A DNA stretch of 64,000 nt, taken from assembly GCA_012295275.1 (NCBI GenBank), contig CM022671.1, positions 434,001-498,000 on the forward strand, given 5' to 3'. The translations under genes and the position numbers were made by a program. Of this stretch, positions 1 through 12,989 are shown one piece after another. The notes under the pieces are model-generated. The model ran no database searches. It saw nothing but the letters and a program-made list of their open reading frames with translations, and had not been told where the DNA came from. The stretch comes from Chrysomallon squamiferum. Taxonomy: Eukaryota > Animalia > Mollusca. How positions within the stretch are numbered: the first letter of the stretch is position 1; each line of letters starts with the position of its first letter.

Positions 1-223
1 GATAAAACGCAGATAACAGCGCGGAAAACGTACCAGGCCTTTAAAAGTGTGTTAGTGGAAATATCACTGCACGGAGAAAAGAGAAAACAAAATGAGAGAA
101 GAAAGTAGCAGTAATAATAATAATGATAATAATGATGAAATCCAGACTGCTCTTCGTAAACGTAGTGTTATACTGGTTCTAGAGTTACGTTTAGTTTTTA
201 GTATTCGTACTTTGTTTAGTTTT

Positions 224-271
<48 letters not shown>

Positions 272-837
272 CACTCACAAATATACATATGCACTCATAC
301 GCACACTCACATATACACACATACACACACATATATTAACACACATACATACATTCATAAACGTATATACACACTCATACATTTTATTAGAACTATATTT
401 GCTAACAAAATATATCAGCCTTGCCCACAATTGCCCGAGAAGCTGGTTATTTTTGTGATTATTTATGTTGTATCACTGATTACCTATATAATTAATTAAA
501 TTTGTCGTACACAGATATACTGTGTTTACATCGAAAACAAATTATTATCAAGTAATGAATTGTCTGTAACTGCTCTAAGTTTTAGACAGCTTAAAAGCTT
601 TTAAACATTATCTCTGTTGTTAAATATTTATTTATTTATTTATTTATTTATTTATTATGTACATATATTTAAAAAAAAAAAACACAAATACGTTATCTGC
701 TATGAAGTTGTTGTTTTTTTTCATCTTATTTAATTACCTTTTTAATATTTTTTTCTTTCTTCCTTTATTTTTATTTTTCATCTACAGAAAATAATTTTAT
801 ACATTATAAAAAAGTAACAGACAAAGCAACAGAGAAC

Positions 838-965
838 AAGACAGATAGACACAGAACGACAGAGAGAAAGACATAGAGAAAGACAGATAGACACAGAACG
901 ACAGAGAGAAAGACATAGAGAAAGACAGACAGTCACAGAACGACAGAGAGAAAGACAGATAGACA
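838..965. repeat. ~42-bp minisatellite, about 3 copies
   Basis: Repeated agacagatagacacagaacgacagagagaaagacatagagaa. Confidence 0.8.
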
Positions 966-3019
966 GAGGGAGAACCACAGAGACAGAGAGTCTGCAGAGA
1001 GACAGACAGAAAGACAAACACACGGACAGAGGGAGTGAGAGAGATCCGTGAAACAGACCGCATCCTCGGGCAGGATTGGCACGAGCTAGGAAACACGTGA
1101 CTAACACAAAGGTTACTCAGTAATCCTCTGGCTTCAGTCATGTTCTTTTAATAAGCATAATTGTAAACACGCGTAGATTAAAAGATTTTGAATAACTGTA
1201 ATAAACCCTGTTAACTTAGGTAAAAAAGCAGGATTTTTGTTTTTGAAAAATTCACTAATATTCTTAGTGCTCATTTACCCAGTTTTTTATAATTTTTCAT
1301 ATTACCTGCTGAAAAATTAAACTTGTTGGTCGTCTCATTTATAAATAAACAACATCATGGTTCTTCTTTTCCACATAGAAACACGCCAAAGAAAAACTAC
1401 AGAATCGTGTCTGAGCGTCTGCTGTCTTTAGTATAAACATAAGAAGTCAGATTAACGACGCAAACAACAGATTATTAATCTGCGATTAGATGGCATAATG
1501 CATAAAGTGAAGGAAGAAACATATTAAAAGATAACAAAGCCGTGAGTTATTATTAATTATTTTTCCATTAACAGCAAAGGATTTTTTTTATATAACAACC
1601 TTCTCATAAGCTGCAGATGAAAGTACTCATTTTCATCTTTGATAAACTAGTCCCGAGAACGGGAAATAGTACAAAGTGCGGGTGCTAGAGGATTGATCCT
1701 CCGATCCTCCGAGCCAGACACGAGTGTTAGGCGTGGCAGGGATGTATAATCATAAATCTTCTTCGATAAACAGCTCACACTGTCCCAGCTGGAACCGCGA
1801 GTTAGGATACGCAGTCTGGGTTTGTGTTTATGTTGCAGTGATGTTGAAAACACACTCGCGGATTATGTTTGACAATACTCGCTGTGTTTGTGAAATGAGA
1901 TATTAAAAACGCTGTATCCACTAAGTTTATCACGAGATCGTACGAAAAGAAAATGTGTTTTCTGCTCAGAAACAATAGCGTCCCAATTAGACGTTCATTA
2001 AAGAAACCGAGCTTTTAGTACTGAGGCACATGTTTGTGTGTTTGTGTGTACGTGTGTGCGTGCGCGCGCGCGTTTGTGCACGTTTATTACAGTAGTATCA
2101 ACCAAAAAGTAGTAATAATAATAATAAAGACAAAACTAATTGACTATTTTTAGAAATTATTTTATGAAATAACACATATACGACAAGTTATAAAATTAAA
2201 CAGGTTGATAATAAAGTGCATAATAAGTGTAATATATAAGGGGCATTTCGTGTACATTCAGTGTTCTTAATTGATGATATAGCTATGTATTAATAAATGT
2301 ATCTGTCTGTTTATTTATTTATTTATGTGCTATGGTCTTTTAAAAAAATATAATAATAAAAGTAAAATAGCATAAAATAATGAAGAAGAGAAAATTAAAT
2401 TGGTAAAAAATTAAAAAGGTTTTACGCCTAGGAAATGCATAATAAATGAACTTATATACATTTGAATTCTTGTTTCACATCGTATGAACGATATATAAGC
2501 AATAAGAAGTTCTGCAACGTTTAAATTTCAACATCACAGCACATTTTAAAATGTTTATGAACAGGAATAAGTATTATAATTGATTAAAGCAAATGAAGCC
2601 ATGAAACTATTTTAGTTGCAGTTATCTAGATTGTTTTAAGAAACATTTCAGATTGTTTAGGTTTGACGACAGTGGAGTCACTGCAGTCAGTAGCTGATTG
2701 AGAGCGAGGCTTGCAGTGGAAACTTTGTAACAGTCAACGGTGCTGTTTTGTGAGAATTAGTGAAATGATTAATAATTGTTAAAGTCTGCGAGGCTCTGTA
2801 ATCTGTTTAATGTAAACACGTCTGCGCTTGTTCGTGACTGTTACAATTACTGTTTTGGTGTTGTAATGTTGTTGTTGTTGTTGCTGTGTTGCTGTTACAT
2901 CGTGATTTTTTACATATTTTTTTCCTAACACATATTTTAGTTCAGACCTTGTACCGCTTCAGTCAGCCTTTCCAGAACTGTTTGTTTTCTTTGTCTCCTC
3001 CACTGAACTGTCTCTGTGT

Positions 3020-3597
3020 TTACTTGGTCGGCGAATCCATCCTCATGTACCCATCGTCTGTGAACCCGGAGAACGCGACGTCAGGCTGCGACTTCGGCAT
3101 CGTCAACTGCAGCCGGTGAGCTCTTCCGGTTAGACGCCGGGTTTTCCCCCCACTCTGCGGAAAGGAAACAAAAATGGATTCCAGTGGAGCGTACGTGTTG
3201 GGCACGGCTCGCGCATCTCTGACAACAGCGTCAGCGTCAACGTTAACCATCTCTGTCGTCTGGACAATCGTACTGGTTTGAACAGGTGAGAGATAGTTAT
3301 TCGTCACATCCGTTTGGGTACGCACCGTACATGACCCTTGACCCATACTGCTGATTGGCTGGCTGACGTTTGCCGTGAAACTGTCCTCTGAATCGCTCTG
3401 ACTCGGGGTTTTCCGTGTGTGTTTGATTCCCGACTCTCTCCGAATGTTGATGCCGTGCACGTTAACGTTGAGGGAAATAGCCTGATGCTGCCGTGGACGA
3501 CGTCGAGATATGGCCCAGACAACAAGGAGTAGCAAAGATGCCAGCAATGCAACTGTGATGAGGACAGCGAAAAGAATTGGAATTACCTGAATTTTAT
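3020..3597 (-). CDS. Last coding exon of CUB-TM gene (TM helix and cytoplasmic tail)
   Basis: Acceptor ttttcag at 3598-3604 (minus); hydrophobic 25-mer followed by basic stop-transfer SRRRPR; ends ...DDGYMRMDSPTK*. Confidence 0.85.
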
Positions 3598-4364
3598 CTG
3601 AAAACAACAACAACAGAAGAAACGTAACAAACAACAAAACACAGATGTTTACAAAACAGAGTCCAAAAGAAATCATAACTGAATAAGAATATAAATAAAC
3701 TAACACTTAGAGAATGAACGAATGACTATCTAAACCCCGACATAAAGAATTACTCATGTTCCTGGAGGTAAAGAAAATATCAATGAACAAAAATTTAATA
3801 ATATTAGTTTCAACGATAAACATATAATGATTATAATATCTAAAAGATAAAATTTCTTTGAAAAGAAAAGAAAAAGAAACAAAAACAAACACAAACAAAA
3901 GATCAAAAGCTTGCTCAGAATACAAAAATATAAATGTTTGTGTAAAGGAAAAGAAATTTAAAAACTACTAATGTATTTTCAGATGTCTGTCTTCTATTAT
4001 TGTTGTTGTTGTTGTTGTTGATGATCATAATGATTATCTGTTCAGATTTTTGTCTGTTGTTGTCGTTGTTTCTAATAATTATTCTTTTTATGTTTTTTTA
4101 AATTCATTTTATTTCAAATTATTTCCCTCTGTTCCGTTTAATTTGTGTGCAGTTGCCTCAAGATTACATAGTAAAGGGACATAACTCTCAATAACATAAG
4201 ATCTTAATATTACATTTCCTTTCAAATACAATGACCAAGAAGTGGAAAGCTTCCTAAAGTAATCTCATCTTCGTATTAATATTTACTTATTTATTTATTT
4301 ATTTGTGTGTTTGTTGTTATTATCGTTATTGTTGTTATCATTATTTATTGTTTTTTGTTTATTT

Positions 4365-4395
<31 letters not shown>

Positions 4396-5231
4396 TTATT
4401 TATTTATTTATTTATTTATTTGTCTTTCTTTGTTTCTTGTTTTGTATATTTACTTGTAATACCTATCGAGACAGACTCGGATGTGCGAGTGTGTCGTTTC
4501 TAGCTGATACACTTGTTTAAGATGCTGTTAACAAAAGCAGAAGTACTCTGTGGTGAAAACACTGTGTTCCACTCTTCAGTCTCGCTTCCTGCTAAAACGA
4601 GGTCGGAAGTGTTCTCCTATCTGAGATCTCTAAACAGAACTTGTTTTACACCAGACTTCGTCACCGTTTCGTGATCTCTCAGATGAATACATTATTGTTC
4701 CAAATAAACAATTACTGACAGACTTATTTATGTGTCTATGTCACTATATATATGTATGCATGTGTGTGTGTGTGTGTGTGTGTGTATGTGAATCCTGAAT
4801 GAATGAATGAATGAATGAATTAATTAATTAACGAGTTATACTGAATGAAAAACACCGAAATGGATGTTCATATGTTAACTGTCATACTGCATAATCATAA
4901 TACTAGAAAAGAAACTCGATCAGTTTTGATGTCTGGAGTAGGACAAATCCACACATACACACAGCCACATACACACATATACACACACACTCACACACAC
5001 ACATACACACACACACACATACACACACACACACACATACACACACACATACACACAGTGTGAAATGAAAACAACTTACTGCTGTTATCATCTGTTTTTG
5101 GCGGCGGAGGAGTGACAAATGACAGAAACTGTTTATCCAAATCTTCTGTAAATAAACAAACAAATATTATTATTACATGCACATCATCATCATCATCATC
5201 ATTCTTATTATTATCATCATCATCATCATCA

Positions 5232-5262
<31 letters not shown>

Positions 5263-5583
5263 ACAATCACAGATAGATTCACACATTTACATACATACCA
5301 AAACACATGCACGCGACATATATATATAAACAGGGTGGTCCAAACGTAGGTTTACAGTTATTAAACTATCGTTTATATGCTTGAAGTTACTTGCTAATTA
5401 CAATTAACATAAAATATTCCTCGGATCTAACTTGTAATAAATTAATTAATAAAAGTTGAAGGAGAAAATTTTGAGCACCCGAGAGATTAAACAGTTTCTG
5501 TTTAATGCTTGAAACATGCTTATATTTTAAAATAAATTGCATACGTTTTAACTGTAAACCTACTTTTGGGCCACCCTGTATAT

Positions 5584-5626
<43 letters not shown>

Positions 5627-6504
5627 TACATTCACACATACGTACAAAAACACACACATGCACACATGTATACATTGACTTTTTGACTATTTATTTATTT
5701 AATTATCACCTGCTGTTAGTCCATACAGAACTGAGATAACGAAGCCAGATCGAGGCTGTGTAGTGTTAGATAAAAACTCAATACGAAGATGAGAATCTCG
5801 AGTGTAAAGTCTCGAGTGATTTTCACGAATAATTATAGGAGGGTACTTCGGGTCGCTGAAATGAACGAACGAATGAATGAATGAAAGAATGAATGAATGA
5901 ATGGATGAGTGAATGAATGAAAGAATGAATGAATGGATGAGTGAACGGATGGATAGAGAGTAGATGTATGAATAATCAATCAGTGAAATTGCCAAAAATA
6001 AATAATTTATAAATAGAAAACTTGTTTTGTAATTCGAAATGATTATCGTAAAAGAAAACAACAACATCTACAGCAGCAGCAGTAACAACAACGATAATAA
6101 TAATAAGAATAAGAAGAAGAAGAAGAAAGAATATTTAATTAATTAAAATAATTACTAACAATGCAACAATAATAATAAAATAGTAGTAATAATTCAATGA
6201 TATTAATAATACTAATTAATTATTCATTTATTCACACACACATTACTCGTTCATTCATGCATTCGTTTTGTTTCTCACCTTCCCGTAAAAACTGTGATGT
6301 GGTCCGTGGCTGGGTTCAAGTCGACGTATTTGAAGTGAAGTCCCCAGAATCCTCTTTGTTTCGTCCATACCCACGTAAAGTTGCAAACTTCAGGGTATTT
6401 GTCAGGGTAGCCAGGCGAGTAGATTATCTTTGGCTCTGTTAAATACTCTGTGTTTGTAGCTTTCAGTGACTCGCTGTCAGCCAGTAGTCCTGTGTTATCA
6501 AAAT

Positions 6505-6580
<76 letters not shown>

Positions 6581-6644
6581 TTATTATTAATTTTATTATT
6601 ATTATTATTATTTTATTAGTAGTATTATTATTATTAATTTTATT

Positions 6645-6675
<31 letters not shown>

Positions 6676-6726
6676 GTATTATTAGTATTATTAGTATTAT
6701 TATCTTTATCATTATTATTTTTTTTA

Positions 6727-6771
<45 letters not shown>

Positions 6772-6776
6772 TATTA

Positions 6777-6849
<73 letters not shown>

Positions 6850-7513
6850 CGGTATAGGTCAAAGATACTTTCTTTTATTTATTTATTTATTTATTTATTT
6901 ATTGGTTGATTGGTTCGTTCGTTCGTCCTTTGGTTTGTTTGTTGGTTTATTATATACTTTATTATATATTTATTTTACTTTATTTTTTATATTATTATTT
7001 TTAATTTCTGACAACCCCTTGTTTATGAAATCTATGATTGACCCTTAATATTGACCCTTATGTACCAGGGCCGTCAAACATTTGTGGATATAATTTCAAG
7101 AGAAACAAAATTTCATTATGAAGAAAACTTTCTGTGCTATAAACCTCTAATATTGGTTTCTACAACATTATGCGTTTTTAATAGGTACACACACACATAT
7201 ATATATATATATATACATTTAAATAATGTATTAACTCTAACATTCAGATGGAAAAACTTCAGTAACATTAGTCTGTAAATAAAGCAGATCAGTAAATGAA
7301 TAAATAAAATAATTTGAAGACAAAAAAAGCCCGGTTAAAAATACTTTATGTGGAAGCATTTTTATTTGAACATAACGAAAAAGATAAAAAAAAAAAAATT
7401 AAACAATGTATTCTTTATAAATTTCAATAAATATTATGTATGTTCAACGTTCAACGTACTTTTTTATTATTCTATTCTATTTACTTATTTTTTTAATTCT
7501 TTTTTTTTTCTTG

Positions 7514-7573
<60 letters not shown>

Positions 7574-8440
7574 GTTACATTTAAGATATTCTTATATAGA
7601 TTCATGCATGCATATGTTTTTGAAATATATCAATGTTAATATGTATGTATGTATGTAATATATAAATGAATACATGAATTCATATTAATACATCTCTGAT
7701 GTTAATTATTTTATTGTGCGGAAAAAGCTTGTTAGCATGGGATGGTATATTTTACGTCTAATTATATATTAGAAGAATCACGTCTTTATTAAGCTTCGAT
7801 CGTAGAATCCTTTTGATCTGCCTGGTCTGTGTGACAGCCATCACGGTGTTGTTAAAACTACTAAGGCCATCTTCCACTGCAAACAGTCACACCAAACAAT
7901 ATTCATTTGTTCTTAGACGCGTACGTAAAACAAAACACACAAAAAAACACAATCTCGCTAAAGTATATTAGAAGTGGAATCAATTTTTCTCAGTTAGGTT
8001 TTTCCCTATCAAGACAGTGGCTCTAGAATTATATGTGCCAAAGACGAGGTAAATACTTTCTTTCATAAAACAAAAAGAAAAACGCGTGTAAAAGATCCTT
8101 TGCTGCTACTCGGTGAGAGTAACTCGCATCTTGGCAGCAGCGGTTTTCCTTTCGTGCTGATTGCAAACTCACGTGCCTTATCTCCGGCAATCGTTTAATA
8201 GTATTTTTTTTACTTTCTTTATTTTTATACAGACCTGAAATATCTTTAAAAATTATCCATTATAAAATGTATTTACATATTCACACATTCAGAAAGTTTA
8301 AAAGAAAACACATATATTTTGGCTAGAATATAAAAAAAAAAAAAAAAAAAAAAAAAACAGATAAATAAATAAAACGGAATTATACTGTGTTTTGACTTAC
8401 CGAAAAGAATATAAAAAGTAACGAATATTCCTAGAATCAT
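3020..8440 (-). CDS. Single-pass membrane protein: signal peptide + CUB domain + Pro-rich stalk + TM helix + Tyr-motif cytoplasmic tail (~346 aa, 5 coding exons)
   Basis: Manually spliced exons 8440-8401 (MILGIFVTFYILF), 6489-6279 (IYSPGYPDKYPEVCNFTW...DHITVF, CUB N-half), 5855-5710 (HLRIEFLSNTTQPRSGFVISV, CUB C-half), 5145-5080 (EDLDKQFLSFVTPPPPKTDDNS), 3597-3020 (TM IPILFAVLITVALLASLLLLVVWAI then RRR, then tail). All introns are GT..AG, phases 1,2,1,1 are compatible, total 1041 nt = 347 codons. Confidence 0.85.
5331..5578. mobile_element. Tc1/mariner-type MITE (248 bp) in CUB gene intron 3
   Basis: 30-bp terminal inverted repeats CAGGGTGGTCCAAACGTAGGTTTACAGTTA / TAACTGTAAACCTACTTTTGGGCCACCCTG (2 mismatches); TA on the right flank, left flank AA within a (TA)n tract; no coding capacity. 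Confidence 0.8.
5710..5855 (-). CDS. CUB domain exon (C-terminal half)
   Basis: LRIEFLSN....RSGF.I motif; acceptor tttcag, donor gtgat; phase matches both neighbours. Confidence 0.85.
6279..6489 (-). CDS. CUB domain exon (N-terminal half)
   Basis: I.SPGYP..YP..C..TW CUB signature; acceptor acacag, donor gtgag. Confidence 0.85.
6508..6850. repeat. (TTA)n microsatellite, imperfect
   Basis: Directly visible. Confidence 0.95.
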
Positions 8441-8631
8441 TTCTTCTCACTGCTTACACTTTATAGAGCTCCGGCGGTGTTGTAGTCGTTCTAAAATGAC
8501 GTCCAGGGTGTTGATGACGTCATTTCATTCAGGACATCCGCTCATTGTCACAGATGATTTTCGCATACATCCGGTTTTGTCTCTTCTTCCTTTGTTCGGT
8601 TGTGAATCTGGTTAACTGTTTAAAGTGTAAG

Positions 8632-8696
8632 ATTTCAAGTACACATTTCAAGTACACATTTCAAGTACACATTTCAAGTACACATTTCAAGCACAG
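8632..8696. repeat. 13-bp tandem repeat ATTTCAAGTACAC x5 upstream of CUB gene start
   Basis: Four perfect copies plus one degenerate copy. Confidence 0.9.
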
Positions 8697-9159
8697 TTTT
8701 CCTGTAGACGAATTTAGGGGTGGGCAGGGCCAGTGCTAACGTTAAGTCAGGTGTTTTTTTTTTTTTAAATGAACTTGTTTCATTTTATTTTTTTTCCTTT
8801 ACATAGTTTAATTTTGTAAATTTTCATTTCCATTTTTATTTTATTACTTTTTACTATTACGATTATTTTCCAAATCATGTACTATCACTTTGGGGTCAAG
8901 AGACAAATGAACGTTCTAGTGAGCTGTTGTCAAACATGCCTGCGACAGTCACGCTCTATTACCCAGACTGGGGGCAGGGCTCTCCACCACTGGGGCGTGT
9001 CGTCTGACCGTGTCTTTTCACTCTCGGGATGTCACCGCCCACATGACAGCGTCAAATAAAATACATAAATAGCCTACATGCACACATGATATATATATAT
9101 ATATATATGTATGTATGTCTGTATGTATTTATGTGTATATGTACATGTCTATATATACT

Positions 9160-10445
9160 GTTAATAGGCTTGTTGGAGAAATCCAGTGGCTATTTTTAGA
9201 TCCACGAAATGAGCATGCGCTTAAAAAAATATTTTCACGAAAAATAATAAAGATCTGTTTTCGGTATTTCCAGATGACGTAGCTTATTTTCATGGAAATT
9301 ATATTTACTTTCTAAATGTTGTTACGACGAAAAATAAAACTTTAGCTTACTGAATGATTGAGTAAGTCTCGGACTGCGGCTGACGTAAAGTAACAGTTAC
9401 AAAATAAGGTAAGAAAATCGTTCCAAAGATCTTGTCTGCAGGTTCAGTGATAGCTAGTTTGTGCAACTCTCACTTTTACTGGGTCGCCATTGTTGTAGTA
9501 CACGTAACTGTCAACACTAGTTTCTTTTCAAAAATTAAAATTAATTAATTAATAAAATAGAGAAATATGACTGTTCCTAAAGCCCTATCCTTCGTGTTAG
9601 ATATTTCAGTCATAATCGTTACATTCCATAATGGATTTAATTTTATTTAATTTTTTTAATTTTTATTTTTTTTATTATTATTGTTGTTGTTGGGGTTTTT
9701 TTGGTGTTGTTTTTTTTGTTGGTTTTTGTTTTTTTGTTTTTGTTTTTTGGTGATACTGTTTTATTTTTTTGCTGTTTGGGGTTGTTTTTGTATGTTTTTT
9801 TATTTAACTTTTTTTTTTCTCTTTATTTACTTTTATTTTTTGAATTTTCATTTCCATTTTTGTTTTATTACTTTTTACTATTACTATTATTTTCCAAATG
9901 ATGTACTATCACTTTGGGGTCCAAGGGAAATGTATGTATGTAAGTATCTGTGTGTCTACAGATAATGTTAATAATATTGTTGGAGAATTCCAGTGGCTAT
10001 TTTTAGATCGACGAAATGAGCATGCGCTATAATAATTGTTTTCACGAAAAATTATAAAGCTCTATTTTCGATATTTCTAGATGACGTAATTATATTTTAC
10101 TTTTCAAACGTTGCTATGGCAAAAAAATACATTTTTACTTCGTAAGTGATTTAGTAACTCTCGATTATAACAGTTACAGAATAAGATAAGAAAATCATTG
10201 TTCCAAACATCTGCAGGCTGAGTGATAGCCATTGTTGTGGTATATATAATTTTCAAACTAGTTTCTTTTCAAAAATTAAAAGATAATTAATTAACAAATA
10301 GAGAAAAACTATTGTTCCTTGTGCAGCAGCCCTACTTTTTGATTTTTTCATTTTACTTATTTCGATCATAATCATCATGAGTTATGACATTCCATAAGGT
10401 ATTTTATTTTCATTTCATTTCATATTATTTTATTTTTGTTTTTAA

Positions 10446-10502
<57 letters not shown>

Positions 10503-12929
10503 GAGGAGGTGTCTTTTGCAGATTTGGGTTTATGTCTTAACATTGTCCTAAATTACATTTTGTCCTACTGTGCATTTTTGGATTGGAAGCCTTATGTCCG
10601 TATTCCGAAAATAAAACGTTTATTTTTCTACAAACGACTGCGACAAATAACGTACGTAAATAGGCTGCTTGCATACATAATATATACGTACAGATAGTTA
10701 ACGAATAATATTAACAGGCGTGTTGGAAAATCCCAGTCGCTATTTTTTGATCCATGAAATGAGCATGCGCTAAAATAAATTTCTACACGAAAAATAAGGA
10801 AGTGAGTCACTTTCAGAGAAATTATATTTTTACTTTCGAAATGTTGTTATGACGAAAAATAAAACTTTAGCTTACTGAATGACTGAGTAAGTCTCGGACT
10901 GCGGCTGACGTAAAGTAACAGTTACAAAATAAGGTAAGAAAATCGTTCCAAAGATCTTGTCTGCAGGTTCAGTGATAGCTAGTTTGTGCAACTCTCACTT
11001 TTACTGGGTCGCCATTGTTGTAGTACACGTAACTTTCAACACTAGTTTCTTTTCAAAAACTAAAATTAATTAACAAATACAGAAATATGATTGTTCCTAG
11101 TGCAGCAGCAATACCCTTCCACTTTCTTCATTTTAGTTATTCCGATCATAATCATTATGATAATTACATTCCATAATGGATTTTATTTTTATTTTGTTTA
11201 TTTATTTATTGTTAATGAACGTTTTTAATTTTTTTTTCTTCATATTTACTTTTATTTTTAAAATTTTCATTTCCATTTTTAATTTATTACTTTTTACTGT
11301 TACTATTATTTTCCAAATAATGTACTATCACTTTACGGTCCAAGTTTTTCATTTATACGTTAGTGGCATAGTCAGCACATGTAGATTAATATTACAAAAG
11401 TATTTAGTAGGCTATGTTGCAGTTAGGGGCTTAGCAGAAATCTCGAATGCAGCCCCCGAGGTCAAAATGCACAGGCGAATAAAGCCCCTCAGTGGATTTG
11501 CAAGGCAGGACCAAAACCTCCCCAGTGAAAAACAATAGTACAGTCTGTGAAGTTCGCCGTTTTGAAAATTAATATTATTTTGTAAAATAATATCAAACAC
11601 TGCCGAAAACTTCAGACGTCACTGGATTTTATGACTTCAAAATAATTTCCTATTTTCTAAGATATGTTATTTCACGTAGTGTCTCATTATGATGGCTATT
11701 TTTAGGTCGACGAAATGAGCATGCGCTACAACAAATCTTTTACGAAAAATAATAAAGATCTGTTTTCGGTATTTCCAGATGACGTAGCTTATTTTCATGG
11801 AAATTATATTTTTACTTTCTAAATGTTGTTATGACGAAAAAATAAAACTTTAGCTTACTGAATGACTGAGTAAGTCTCGGACTGCGGCTGACGTAAAGTA
11901 ACAGTTACAAAATAAGGTAAGAAAATCGTTCCAAAGATCTTGTCTGCAGGTTCAGTGATAGCTAGTTTGTGCAACTCTCACTTTTACTGGGTCGCCATTG
12001 TTGTAGTACACGTAACTGTCAACACTAGTTTCTTTTCAAAAACTAAAATTAATTAACAAATACAGAAATATGATTGTTCCTAAAGTCCAGTCCTTCATGT
12101 TAGATTTTTCAGTCATAATCGTTATATTCCATAATGGATTTAAATTTATTTAATTTTTTTTATTATTATTATTATTGTTGTTTTTTGTTGTTGTTGTTGC
12201 TGTGTTTTTGTGTTTTTTTTTTTTTTTTTTTGATACTGTTTTTCTTTTTTGCTGTTTAGGGTTTTTTTGTATGTTTTTTTATTTAACTTTTTTTTTTCTC
12301 ATTATTTACTTTTATTTTTTAAATTTTCATTTCCATTTTTGTTTTATTACTTTTTACTATTACTATTATTTTCCAAATGATGTACTATCACTTTGGGGTC
12401 CAAGGGAAATGTATGTATATATGTATGTATGTATCTATGTGTCTACAGATAATGTTAATAATATTGTTGGAGAATTCCAGTGGCTATTTTTAGATCGACG
12501 AAATGAGCATGCGATATAATAATTGTTTTCACGAAAAATAATAAAGCTCTATTTTCGATATTTCTAGATGACGTAATTATATTTTACTTTTCAAACGTTG
12601 CTATGGCAAAAAAATACATTTTTACTTCCTAAGTGATTTAGTAACTCTCGATTATAACAGTTACAAAATAAGATAAGAAAATCCTTGTTCCAAACATCTG
12701 CAGGATGAGTGATAGCCATTGTTGTGTATATATAATTTTCAAACTAGTTTCTTTTCAAAAATTAAAAGATATAATTAACAAATAGAGAAAAACTATTGTT
12801 CCTGGTGCAGCAGTCCTACTTTTTGATTTTTTCATTTTACTTATTTCGATCATAATCATCATGAGTTATGACATTCCATAAGGTATTTTATTTTCATTTC
12901 ATTTCATATTATTTTATTTTTGTTTTTAA

Positions 12930-12989
<60 letters not shown>

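Noticed and set aside
4463-4590. Possible extra exon in CUB gene intron 4
   Set aside because: It has splice-like ends but stop codons in all three frames; the model is complete without it.
6466-6909. Poly-I/L/Y/N, poly-CV, poly-ER and poly-SL ORFs here and throughout the window
   Set aside because: Translations of microsatellites.
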